NCBI RefSeq assembly: GCF_001194135.2
Contig: NC_068988.1
Location: forward strand, 12,799,016-12,863,015
DNA length: 64,000 nucleotides
Origin: Octopus bimaculoides
Lineage: Eukaryota
Reading direction: 5' to 3'
In this document: positions 1 through 10,400 of the stretch, piece by piece
Numbering within the stretch: the first letter of the stretch is position 1
Layout: each line of letters opens with the position of its first letter
Notes under the pieces: model-generated
Databases searched by the model: none
Told to the model about the DNA's origin: nothing
What the model saw: only the letters and a program-made list of their open reading frames with translations
Position numbers and translations under genes: made by a program

Positions 1-2
1 TC

Positions 3-320
3 GTTGAAACTACATCATTTTTAAACTCCTATGCATCTCTTTACTTTGATCAAATATTGAAACTGGAATCTGGTGGCATTCATTTCCAAACGAAAACAAA
101 CAATCTAGAAAATTCGAAAACTTCAGCCAACAAAGAAGATTTAGAAGAGACATCAATGGATTTAATATCAGTGAATGATTCTAAGATAAGTGCCTCTTTT
201 GTGTGTCATCTTTTGGACTCAATATTTGATCTTCTCACCGTTCTAAAAGCTTCGCAAATAAAAGAATCTCTCTCTAGGAATATTAAAAACATCCAAGAAA
301 AATATGAAGTATTTTGGTAA
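3..320 (+). CDS. Coding exon fragment of an unidentified protein (VETTSFLNSY...SRNIKNIQEKYEVFW*); 5' part outside window
   Basis: Frame is open from base 3 to TAA 318-320 (105 codons) with protein-like composition, followed by an abrupt switch to AT-rich sequence. Possible donors at GAA|GTATTT (308/309) and TG|GTAAAA (316/317), so it may be internal rather than terminal. Confidence 0.6.
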   Translation, partial: VETTSFLNSYASLYFDQILKLESGGIHFQTKTNNLENSKTSANKEDLEETSMDLISVNDSKISASFVCHLLDSIFDLLTVLKASQIKESLSRNIKNIQEKYEVFW

Positions 321-589
321 AAAAATTAAATAAAATATTTAATTAAAAAATAACTCTTTATAAATTATTTTTCCTTCTTTACTCTTCCATTTTTTTCCCC
401 CATTGGCTTTTTATTTTGACAACAATTTATTTTAGTTTATTTATATTTAATATTGCTCACAGGAAGACTAAATACATAAGAATATCATTGTTATCCACCA
501 CTGGTCATAATGTGCTTCTTCATGTTGTAGCTTTCAAATGATGCCACCCCACTGGCTAAGTGGGTAGGTCTAAAGTGTATAATTGACCA

Positions 590-895
590 AAATCATGACA
601 TTCCCTTTAAACAGGATGCCAATCCGTTGCAGGGTAATTCGTTTACAGTGGAGCAATGTGAAATGAAGTGTTTTGCTCAAGAACACAACACACTCCCTGG
701 TCCAGGAAATGAAACCACAATTTTGCAGTTATGAGTGCAACTGAGTTCAAATTCTGCCGAGGTCGACTTTGCCTTTCATCCTTTCGGGGTCAATTAAATA
801 AGTACTAGTTACGCAATGGGGTCCGTTTGTCTGTCCTTGTTTGTCCCCTCTGTGTGTAGCCCCTTGTGGGCAGTAAAAAGAAGTAAGAATACATC
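590..895. mobile_element. Composite of SINE fragments
   Basis: Contains the GCCTTTCATCCTTTCGGGGTC..AAGTAC central domain and a TTGCTCAAGAACACAAC head segment, both repeated elsewhere in the window. Confidence 0.7.
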
Positions 896-956
896 CCCAT
901 GTATTATGTACATTATTTACAATTGACGGATATTTGTCCTCATCTTGTTTGCTGTT

Positions 957-1002
957 AACACAACATTTCAGCTGATATACCCTCCAGCCTTCATCAGGTG
1001 TC
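957..1002 (-). ncRNA. Minimal type I hammerhead ribozyme-like motif (left arm)
   Basis: Reverse-complement copy of the 1287-1332 motif with the same core. Confidence 0.6.
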
Positions 1003-1286
1003 TTGGGGAAATTTCGAACCTGAGTTCTCATTCCTAAGGTATTTTTCGATGTTATTATTATTATTAGTGTTCAGGTCACTGCCTGGAATCGAACTCAGAA
1101 TCTTGGGGTTAGTAGCCCGCGCGCTTAACCACTACGTCATATGCCCATGGGCATATGGTGTAGTGGTTAAGAGTGCGGGTTACTAACCCCAAGATTCCGA
1201 GTTCGATTCCAGGCAGTGACTTGAATAATAATAATAATATCGAAAAATACCTCAGGAATGAGAACTCAGGTTTGAAATTTCCCCAA

Positions 1287-1332
1287 GACACCTGATGAAG
1301 GCTGGAGGGTATATCAGCTGAAATGTTGTGTT
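1287..1332 (+). ncRNA. Minimal type I hammerhead ribozyme-like motif (right arm)
   Basis: GACAC-CTGATGA-A-GGCTG(gagggtatat)CAGCT-GAA-ATGT-T-GTGTT: stem I GACAC/GTGTT, core CUGAUGA and GAAA, 5-bp stem II, and a loopless minimal stem III. Confidence 0.6.
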
Positions 1333-2098
1333 AACAGCAAACAAGATGAGGACAAATATCTGTCAATTGTAAATAATTCCACATCTCTTAAATATGGAAC
1401 TGTAATATCCCCACATATTTGCTTAAGATAAATAACAATATTAACATAAAATTTAATTAATTGTTAAATAATTTATTCAATATATAAAAGGCAAATACAA
1501 AAGTTTTAAGAAGTTAGTCACAAGTTTCAATATTTGGACTACAGCCATGCTGGAGTACTGACTTCAAGTGTTTTAGTCCATAATATTGTCCCTATTACAT
1601 TTTCTAGTCTGGTTACCAAATGACTAATTTATAAACTTTAAAGGAACACAATATAAATAACAACTGGTGTAAACATAAATACAGATGCAGATTCACAAAT
1701 ATAAAAACATGTAAAGCTTAGAATATAAAATGCCAAGTGTGTGGAGGTTTTTTTTGTTTTGTTTTGTTTTGGTTGGTTTCCTCCCTTTCTGATATGGTGA
1801 TAGGACGAAGACTGTCCTGAGAGAGAGATAAATAGATAGGTGGAAGATTGACAAAGTGTGGGGGGTGAAGAGGCCAGCAAGTGATGAAAGCAGATGCTGA
1901 AATATATAGAAATGCAAACAGGAAATGGGAATTAGAGAGGTAAAGTGATAAAATAAAAGATATCTTGAGAGTAAACAAATGATAGGGAGAGAAATTTCTG
2001 TATGGTATTGAGATGTGAAGTAGGAGAGTGAGTGGACTTTAAAAGAATAAAGATAAAGAAGAAAATGGAACAAGGCTTGAAGTGAAAAGATGTATATG

Positions 2099-2101
<3 letters not shown>

Positions 2102-2148
<47 letters not shown>

Positions 2149-2160
2149 ACACACACACAT
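2102..2160. repeat. (TG)n microsatellite followed by (CA)n
   Basis: Seen directly; self-complementary arrangement. Confidence 0.95.
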
Positions 2161-2399
2161 ACATCAGGTTTCTACACAGTTTCCTTCTACCAAGTTTCAT
2201 ACACCAGAATATCAATGCTAGAGTAAGAGACATTTGCACAGTAAGATCACATCTGGATCCATCTACTTACAGAACAAACACTCTAGTCACACAGTCATGC
2301 TTTAGAGTTTATTACATGAAGCACAACTGAATGATAATCTAGTTGGTGCTTAGTGAACAAATTAGACAGAATAATGATAGTGCATTGCATACTTAATTA

Positions 2400-2720
2400 A
2401 TGTTTGTTAGTAAATGATCGATTAATTACATTATTAGATCAAATTATGGTTTTTTGCAGTAGTCTTATGTGGATTGTTGATGAATTCTGTTTATGATATG
2501 TCTTCTGGTTGGACAGAAGGATTTTAAAATTGGCATAGAAGAAACTTTACAAGTTGTTATATATAAAGTAAATGGTGAAAAAAAAGAAAATGTGTATTTT
2601 AAAGGTGTCCTGTTTTGGTGGGGAAATACATTGTTGCAAAAATTTGTCTTTAGTTTTGGTTGATGCAGAAGAAGACAATTAAAATTGCTTTCTCTCTTTT
2701 CTTTCATCTTTTCTTTGTTA
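2400..2720 (-). other. Probable 3'UTR exon of the tail-anchored protein gene (3' end undefined; 2400 is arbitrary)
   Basis: Strong minus-strand acceptor tttttctttctttttcag|TAACAAAG at 2721-2738. The upstream TM exon has an unused GTAAGT donor. Confidence 0.4.
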
Positions 2721-3502
2721 CTGAAAAAGAAAGAAAAACATTTGTATATATAATAATCTGCTTGTTCATTCACCAGTTATACATTAGTTAATTAGAGAGG
2801 TAGGGAGAAGGGGAGTGAAGAAAGAAGAGAGGAAGAAGAAGAGAAAGGTGATTAATATTAATACATTTAAGCATCACATGATCAGCTGAGGGTAGAAGCG
2901 AAGAATGAGAGAAAAAGAGGAAGAGAGAAGTGTTAATAACATGCAAATGGGGAAGGAATACTTATTTAGGTAGTTAAAGTTAGCTGAAGAGAAAAATAGA
3001 TAGAAAGAGATGGGCAGGGGAGGCAGTTCTATTGAGAGAGAGAAAGAGAGGCAGGTGGTGGTGGTGGTATATTGATTTTTTATTGAACTAATTTTTTTTT
3101 TATAGCAACCATCATCTGCTTGCTTTAAAAATTGATATGTGTTTATAAAGGTTAGTTTAGCCTAAACTCTGGATTTGCATGAAACACAGTTACAAGTTGC
3201 TCAAGAAAGGATACGCAAATATAGAACACAGATCAGTGAGGAACAGCAAGAAGATATAATAAAAAGAGGAAAAAGACAACACTGACAGAGACGTGAGGAA
3301 ATGAATGGAGATAAAACGTCAAAAGTATTTAAAGAAAGCTAAACTATGAATGCTATAAAAATGTAAATTATCCTTTCTTTCTTAAATAGGTCTTCTTAAT
3401 TTTTTCCATTCTGTGGAATTTCCACAGGTAGTACTTGTGTATATTTTACTTGGGCATTGCAAAATTAATAACCTGTTGAGAAGTGTTGAGTGCAGTGCAG
3501 TG

Positions 3503-3742
3503 ATAAGAAAATGGAATGACAAACAAATAAACGATTATCTTATGAACTTCATTATCTTACAGCTGTTTCTGTGAGTGCCTGAGTAACACCTTGTGGCTTC
3601 ATCAGAGAAGCACCTTATAGCTTCAATGAAGTGTTACTCAGGCATTCAACTATGAATCCACAGCATCTAATAGCAGAAACAACTGTAAGCTAATGAAGTT
3701 AATAAGTTAATCATTTATTCCTTTGTCATCTCATTTTCTTAT
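3503..3742. mobile_element. Degenerate inverted-repeat element with a hammerhead-like core (Penelope-associated type)
   Basis: The arms (AAGAAAATG..GACAAA..AACTTCATTA.CTTACAG.TGTTTCT..TGCCTGAGTAACAC) are mutually complementary. The minus strand at 3608-3555 reads TCT-CTGATGA-AGCC...GAA-ACAGCTGT-A-AGA. Confidence 0.7.
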
Positions 3743-5699
3743 ATATATCAAGCAATATACCACTGGTTATGGCATATAGCTGATATCAGATTGTTGCTTT
3801 CGTGGTTGACAACACTTTAGACATGCTGGCCAGAAGCGTGTAGCTTCGTTTATGCTGGAGGTACATAGATTCTAGATTGATTTGGTAGTAGCAAAAGGGT
3901 GTAATGAAATTCAGTGCAAAATATTGAGAAAGAGTTATTTCCCATGAACTGGTATTAATGGGTGAAAGAGTTATTTCCCCATGGACTGGTGTTAATCTTT
4001 CTTGTACTGCCATTTATCATCTCCTCCTTCTTGAATCCATTCCTATTCTTTCACCTCCCCCTCATATTAATACATACCGTTGACGACACCTTCTCCCTTA
4101 TTCCATTCACTTCAACAACACATCTCTATCCATCTGTTACTCTCCTTTCATACTTGAATGAATTCATCTAAGACCCTTCCTGATTATTTGTATTTTCTCT
4201 AATAATCACTTTCTTGTGCTTTGAGATTATGTTCTGACGCCTCATCATCACCGTTATTGTCTTCTTTATAGCTAGACCCGCCTGCCCTTATATACTGCAG
4301 AGAAGCCATATATTTCCTCTATAGCAAGGTATAAAGCCATCGCCCTCTTTGCTACAACCTCACTTAGTCAAGCATCTTTTCTTTGTCTTGTTAGTTACCT
4401 TGTCACCTTATAGTGCTAGTATCATGGAAGAAGCACTTGGTACATTTTGTAAAGTGGTTGGTGTTGGGAAAGGTATCCAGCTGTAGAAACCATGTCAAAG
4501 TAGGCATTGGAGCTCATTACAGTCCAGCTCAATGTCACAAAAGCACATTGAAAAATCAACTGGGAAACTTGAACAGATAACGCAGTGATTCACAACCTAA
4601 TGCTCAGTGTTTTTTTGTAATTTACCAATAAATAATATTTGCCTTCATAGTTTTCAAAACAAAAAATTACGTTCCTAGACAAACAATAACAATAAAAATT
4701 GGTCAAAAGAGCATACACTCACTCTCAGTTATGCACAACAAGTACACTGGTGATTTTCTATAAAAATGTTTAAAGCAACCCCAAACACTTAAGCATTACT
4801 GTGGGTGATTGTAAGAATGAGGTGCTGGAAAAAATACCAGCCACTTTCATGAACCTCATCTTTTATTTTGGTAAGACAAGATGCCAGTGATAAAATTTTC
4901 ATCGCTTATGTAAGGTGTCACCAAGAACTGCACTTCTTGCACATTGTAAAGCAATTGGTGATAGGAAAGGCTTGTAGCCAAGATGAAGTGTATAAGCAAG
5001 GTGTAGTTTCTGACCTGTTTTGCAGGGAGTAACTCTAATAAGAACTGCTTTGGATGTTGACAATCTATCTGTATTGTGCCAGCACGGAAAATAGATGCAA
5101 AAAGATGAAGAGGTGCACACAGACACAAACACACGTCATCATCATCATTATTTAATGTTTGGTTTCAATGCTAGCATGGATTGGATCGTTTAACAGGAGC
5201 TGACAAGTCAGGGGACTGTCAAACTCCTATGTCTGCTTTGATATGGTTCTTACAGCTGGATGCTCTTCATATCACCAACCATTTTACAGAGCATACTGAG
5301 AGAATTTTACCAAAACACATGAGGTCATCATTTAACTTGCAAGATAAGATGCTTCAGATGAGTGGAGTGTAGTCTGGAAGAAGTGACATTATAATAAGTG
5401 ATGAGAGGTTAAAGTATAATAGAGGGATAGGAAAGGTGTCTTGCTTTAGAGAAGATATATGGTTACTCAAGCTGCAAAAGAGCGAATGTGTGTGTGAATA
5501 TACAAGTACCTGAACAAATATAAAATGATTATGTGATATTTTGAGATATTTTCAGTGACAAATTTTCAAAAGAATATTTTTTGCTCATAGAAGTGGAAAA
5601 TATTGAAAGCGTAAAACCACTAATAGAAATATTCAAAATGGCAATTCCATGGGGTAAGTACAGATTTATTTGTTTTCATATATTATTGAAGTAGTATGT

Positions 5700-5884
5700 T
5701 GGCTTTATAGTTTACGTGGAGACTTTTGCCACTTATACAAGATGGTACTGGAAAGCTCCTGGCTTTAAGGGTATTGCGAAAGGCCTGGTTGGATGCCCAA
5801 CCTTCCAAGTTTTTTATGGAGCTTAGAAAATCTGAAGGATTGCTGCAATATTGTGTGAATCTGAGAGGGGAATATGTTGAATAA
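5700..5884 (+). mobile_element. Mariner transposase C-terminal remnant
   Basis: Broken frames give KAWLDAQPSKFF and ..RGEYVE*, typical of the mariner C-terminus; abuts the N-gap. Confidence 0.55.
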
Positions 5885-6567
5885 NNNNNNNNNNNNNNNN
5901 NNNNNNNNNNNNNNNNNNNNNNNNNNNNNNNNNNNNNNNNNNNNNNNNNNNNNNNNNNNNNNNNNNNNNNNNNNNNNNNNNNNNNNNNNNNNNNNNNNNN
6001 NNNNNNNNNNNNNNNNNNNNNNNNNNNNNNNNNNNNNNNNNNNNNNNNNNNNNNNNNNNNNNNNNNNNNNNNNNNNNNNNNNNNNNNNNNNNNNNNNNNN
6101 NNNNNNNNNNNNNNNNNNNNNNNNNNNNNNNNNNNNNNNNNNNNNNNNNNNNNNNNNNNNNNNNNNNNNNNNNNNNNNNNNNNNNNNNNNNNNNNNNNNN
6201 NNNNNNNNNNNNNNNNNNNNNNNNNNNNNNNNNNNNNNNNNNNNNNNNNNNNNNNNNNNNNNNNNNNNNNNNNNNNNNNNNNNNNNNNNNNNNNNNNNNN
6301 NNNNNNNNNNNNNNNNNNNNNNNNNNNNNNNNNNNNNNNNNNNNNNNNNNNNNNNNNNNNNNNNNNNNNNNNNNNNNNNNNNNNNNNNNNNNNNNNNNNN
6401 NNNNNNNNNNNNNNNNNNNNNNNNNNNNNNNNNNNNNNNNNNNNNNNNNNNNNNNNNNNNNNNNNNNNNNNNNNNNNNNNNNNNNNNNNNNNNNNNNNNN
6501 NNNNNNNNNNNNNNNNNNNNNNNNNNNNNNNNNNNNNNNNNNNNNNNNNNNNNNNNNNNNNNNNNNN
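5885..6567. other. Assembly gap
   Basis: Run of N. Confidence 1.
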
Positions 6568-6747
6568 AAAAGCACCCACTACACTCTCTGAGTGGTTGGC
6601 GTTAGGAAAGGCATCCAGCTGTAGAAACTCTGCCAAATTAGATTGGAACCTGGTGTTGCCATCCGGTTTCACCAGTCCTCAGTCAAATCGTCCAACCCAT
6701 GCTAGCATGGAAAGCGGACGTTAAACGATGATGATGATGATGATGAT
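6568..6747 (+). mobile_element. (GAT)n-tailed retroposon (family B), 3' part
   Basis: GGTTGGCGTTAGGAAAGGCATCCAGCTGTAGAAACTCTGCC...ATGCTAGCATGGAAAGCGGACGTTAAACGATGATGAT, near-identical to copies at 47052, 48893, 57625 and 63681. Confidence 0.9.
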
Positions 6748-6807
6748 ATTTGATTTAGATTCACTTACACTATCAACTTCTTTATCCATTTATTTGCAAT
6801 GGATGCA

Positions 6808-6933
6808 TTAATCTTCATGGTTGGACTTTAGAGGAACTAGAGCCAGAATGGTTCCAATGATGATTCCAATAACACTCAGTAACAACAGTAAAACTACCCA
6901 CCACCAATGTTTCATCCATTCACTGCAGCAACC
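6808..6933 (-). CDS. Last coding exon of a tail-anchored membrane protein: GCCSEWMKHWWWVVLLLLLSVIGIIIGTILALVPLKSNHED*
   Basis: Acceptor ttttctttctctctttctgttacag|GGT, phase 0 matching the 8922 donor. Contains a ~23-aa hydrophobic helix, TAA at 6810-6808, and a GTAAGT donor after 6769. Too short to appear in the ORF track. Confidence 0.75.
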   Translation of the reverse strand, partial: GCCSEWMKHWWWVVLLLLLSVIGIIIGTILALVPLKSNHED

Positions 6934-7344
6934 CTGTAACAGAAAGAGAGAAAGAAAAAAAAATTAAGATATGCATATAAGTGTGCTAACAAATAACACA
7001 TACACACATGTACACCAAGGTATTTACATCCTAGATTTTTAATTACATATATAATTAAATTATGTTATTAATGCATCTTTGTGTGTGTGGTTAAGAAGTA
7101 GACTTCACAACCACCTGATTTCAGATTCAGTCCTGCTATGAAGCACCTGCAGAAAATACCCTATGCTATAGTTACAGACCGACAAATTGCCTTGTGAGTA
7201 AATTTGATAGGCAGAAGATGTGTAGAAGTTTATCACATGCACATGCACGCATGCATGCACACACACACACACACATATATACACACTTGAACAGCTGGTA
7301 ACTCAATTATTATTTCCTTTTAGGTTTAACCCAATAGACATAGT

Positions 7345-7760
7345 GAAAGAAGCCAGGGTAAGCTTTGAACAATGGAAATTTATCCTACAGTGTTACTGGA
7401 AGAGTGGAAAAGCAGTCAAAGTGCAAAGGTAGTTTAGGAGAGAGTTTCAAATAGATCCACCTAGAGAACTTATTTTCACTAGAATTAGAGATAAGTTTGA
7501 AGCAAATGGAACTCTTCAGAATATCTACAAGAAATGTTCAAGAATTCTGTGGACATCAATGAGTCCTACAAAGCAAGTCTGGATACTAGAAAGATATTGC
7601 TAGAGTTCAAAACAATCCGTGTGAAATAGGAATTTTAAAATAAATGTTCAATGTATTTTTTAAGTCTTTGGAAAAGTTACATTCCATGAATATATTCCAT
7701 GCTCTAAGTGAAGATGATCCAGACTGGAGAGAGGAGTTTTACAAGTGGTACTTGTTTTCA
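7345..7760 (+). mobile_element. Decayed Tc1/mariner-superfamily transposase N-terminal fragment
   Basis: Reads VQR*FRREFQIDPP..IFTRIRDKFEANGTLQNI and HALSEDDPDWREEFYKWY, with stops and frameshifts. Confidence 0.65.
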
Positions 7761-8921
7761 AAGACCTCTAGAATAAAAAATTCTTTTACTTGAAAAAGGT
7801 AAGGGTTACCAACAGGAAGAGTACCCAACTGTAAAATCCTGCCTCCAGTAATTTCCCATCTCACCAATGCTAGCATAGAAAAACAAAGGAAACAATAGCT
7901 ATGTCTAGCAACTCTGTTATCTCAGTTGGACATTGTCATCATTCTCTACCGGCTTAGTTTCAGTCAAACCATCTTACCCATACCAGTATGGAAGAGAGAC
8001 ACTAAATGAAGAAGAGCAGCAGCCACGACAACAACAACAACTACTACTACTTCCTGGCAAATAATTTATATCTATTCACACAAATTGCAAAGACATTAAG
8101 CAATGCTTGATTGCACCCAGTCATAATTCCCTAGCTTTCATTATCCAACAACCAGCTTTTACCCTTTTACTGGTTTCACACATATATATACGACAGGCTT
8201 CTTTCAGTTTCTGCATTTCTGTCTATCAAATCTACTCACTTTGGTCAGCCTGAGGCTATAGTCGAAGACACTTGCCCATAGTAGCACACAGTGGAACTGA
8301 ACCTTGAACCATGTGGCTGGGTAGCAAGCTTCTTCCCACACAGCCATGCCTATCAAAGAGGATAAAGTAATGATTTTTTTAAAAATCAGATCTTAACAAA
8401 AGAGTGGACTTAATAGTTTTATCTGATGACAACCTTTTCTTTTATCATTTATTTATTTCACTTTTCAATCATTAGACTGTGGCCATGCTGGGGCACCATC
8501 TTGAAGGGTTTTAGTCAAACAAATCACCTCCAGTACTTCTGCATTAAAAAATTTTTTTTTGGCTTTTTAAAAAATCCAGTACTTATTCTATCACCCTCTT
8601 TTGTCGAACCACTAAATTATGGGGATGGAAACATGCTGGTTGTCAAACGGGGAGGGGAGGGGGGCATTTTCAAACAGACAGGAACACACACCCACTTACA
8701 TATATATGAAATCCACTCACAAGCCATTGGTTAACCCAGAGCCATAGTAGAAGACACTTGCCCTAGGTGTTGCACTGTGGGGCTGAACTTGAAACCATGT
8801 TTAAAAAGCAAGTTTCTTAACCATACAACCACACCTAAGCATGTAATATTTTCAAAATGGCAAGGAACCCACAATCCTGACCTTTGTCCTGTACAAAATA
8901 CAATTATAAAAAAGGGCAAAC

Positions 8922-9542
8922 CTTGCTAATCCGGAAAGGGTTTTCGGTTACTTTTTCCACACACTTCTTATATTTTTGCTTTGCCCATCCTGGATTTTCA
9001 GCAGTTTCACACCTTGTTTGTATTGCTACTGGTTGTGAACGAACGGAGGTTTCCACAGGTACAATATACGGATTTGCAGAGTTAACCCTTTCTGATTTGG
9101 AAGGTGGTGGTGTCGAAGGTGGGGATTTAAAAGTACTCAGATTGGGTTTCTGTATAGCAGAGTTCCCAGAATTCTTCTTATCTTTACTGTTTAGCTGTTT
9201 TTCATTATTCGGTCTATAAGAATGGTTAGAAGTTGATTCCACCTCAGGCAGTTGAGGGTTCTGAAAATGGAAGTCTGACGATGAAGGTGGCAGCGGTGGT
9301 TCAAAATTGTGTGTGTATGTTGAGTTTGTGACGGATTTTTTCGATTTACTGTGCTTACCTCGTTTTTTTGATCTTTCCGAAGTAATAACACTGTCCGTCT
9401 CTTTCCTAACGCTTGTAACATCCCAGTTGTCCACTTTGTCAATGTAAGACATTCTGTTTTTACCTCTTCCAGGCGTATTTTTGCTTTTATTTTTCTTCTT
9501 TCTTTCTTTCTCACTCTTCTCTCTTGTACTTTTTTTAAAAAC
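8922..9542 (-). CDS. Large coding exon (207 codons) of the tail-anchored protein; low-complexity S/P/K-rich region, Met at 9452
   Basis: ORF 8904..9452 extends 30 codons upstream to the candidate acceptor tattatttttattaag|GTT (weaker AAG type). Donor AAG|GTTTGC is phase 0 and joins the TM exon in frame. Confidence 0.75.
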
Positions 9543-9963
9543 CTTAATAAAAATAATATTGCCCAGTTAATACATCCAGTATCCAATGAGAAATACAAGC
9601 TTGGCAACAATTATTATTATTGTTGTTACTGTTGTTGTCTCAGTAATTTTATTTTTATTGTGTGCTTTCACTGTTCTACCAAGTGCAGATCTGTGTGCCT
9701 TGAGTATGTCTGTGGTTTGTTTTTGTTATTATTATTATTAGTTAAGTCCTCTCATCTGCCACCCTTGTTGCAATAATAGAATAAAATGTTGTTGTTGTTG
9801 ATGCAACAGTAGCCGTAATATCACAGGGCTCATACATCCAAACGTGGAGGCCTCACCACATGTATACAAACACAAATGTTCAATGTTTTTGAGTTTAATG
9901 TCGATTAAGTTGTTCCTGTTTTGTTTATTGTTGTTATTGCTGCTGCTGCTGCTGCTGTTTTCC

Positions 9964-10041
9964 TTGAGTGTAATTGTGTGTATGTGTGTGAGTGTAATTG
10001 TGTGTATGTGTGTGAGTGTAATTGTGTGTATGTGTGTGAGT
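9964..10041 (+). repeat. 24-bp minisatellite, about 3 copies (TGAGTGTAATTGTGTGTATGTGTG)
   Basis: Seen directly. Confidence 0.9.
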
Positions 10042-10099
10042 GAAAGTATGTGTGCATGCTTACCTATCTTGTTTACTATTGCTTTCCATTATTACAAGG

Positions 10100-10400
10100 A
10101 ATACTACAATGTAATTTGGTGGTGGTGTTGGTGGTATTGGTACTGCTGGTGGTGGTGGTGGTGTCGATGGCAATGGTGGTGAGTTGTGTTGACAGGGTGT
10201 TGGTGACGGAGGGTGAAAGTTGTGTTGCTGTTGGTGGTGGTAATTTGTGTTTATGGTAATGGTGATGATCGTGTGGTAGTTTGTTGTCTTTGTAGTTGTT
10301 GGTATAGTGGTGGTGGTGGTGGTAGTAATAGTGTGAATGTTTGTTGTTGTTTTGGTGGTGGTGGTGGTGCGTTAATGCATTATCAGTGTTGTGGCAGTGG
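10100..10400 (+). repeat. Degenerate (GGT/GTT)n low-complexity tract
   Basis: Seen directly; explains the poly-V, poly-H and poly-T ORFs. Confidence 0.9.

Larger units (their letters stand above)
912..1377. mobile_element. Spacer-less palindrome of two head-to-head copies of a tRNA-headed element with a Penelope-type tail
   Basis: Arms 912-1147 and 1148-1377 are near-perfect reverse complements centred on CATATGCCCA|TGGGCATATG. Each arm has A-box-like TGGTGTAGTGG and B-box-like GAGTTCGATTCC. The mirror ORFs 998..1186(+) and 1109..1291(-) reflect this symmetry. Confidence 0.85.

Noticed and set aside
1148-1220. tRNA gene
   Set aside because: A and B boxes are present, but the acceptor and anticodon stems do not close properly, and it is an arm of a repeat; treated as a tRNA-derived head.
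998-1291. Twin ORFs MSWGNF(E/K)PEFSF...
   Set aside because: Mirror artefacts of the palindrome; non-ATG starts and no protein features.
3160-3345. Coiled-coil-like frame ETQLQVAQERIRKYRTQISEEQQED...
   Set aside because: Bounded by in-frame stops with no usable splice sites; probably a decayed TE fragment, family not assignable.
5683-6672. Long ORFs spanning N-runs (also 11818-12801 and 21643-22043)
   Set aside because: Artefacts of assembly gaps.
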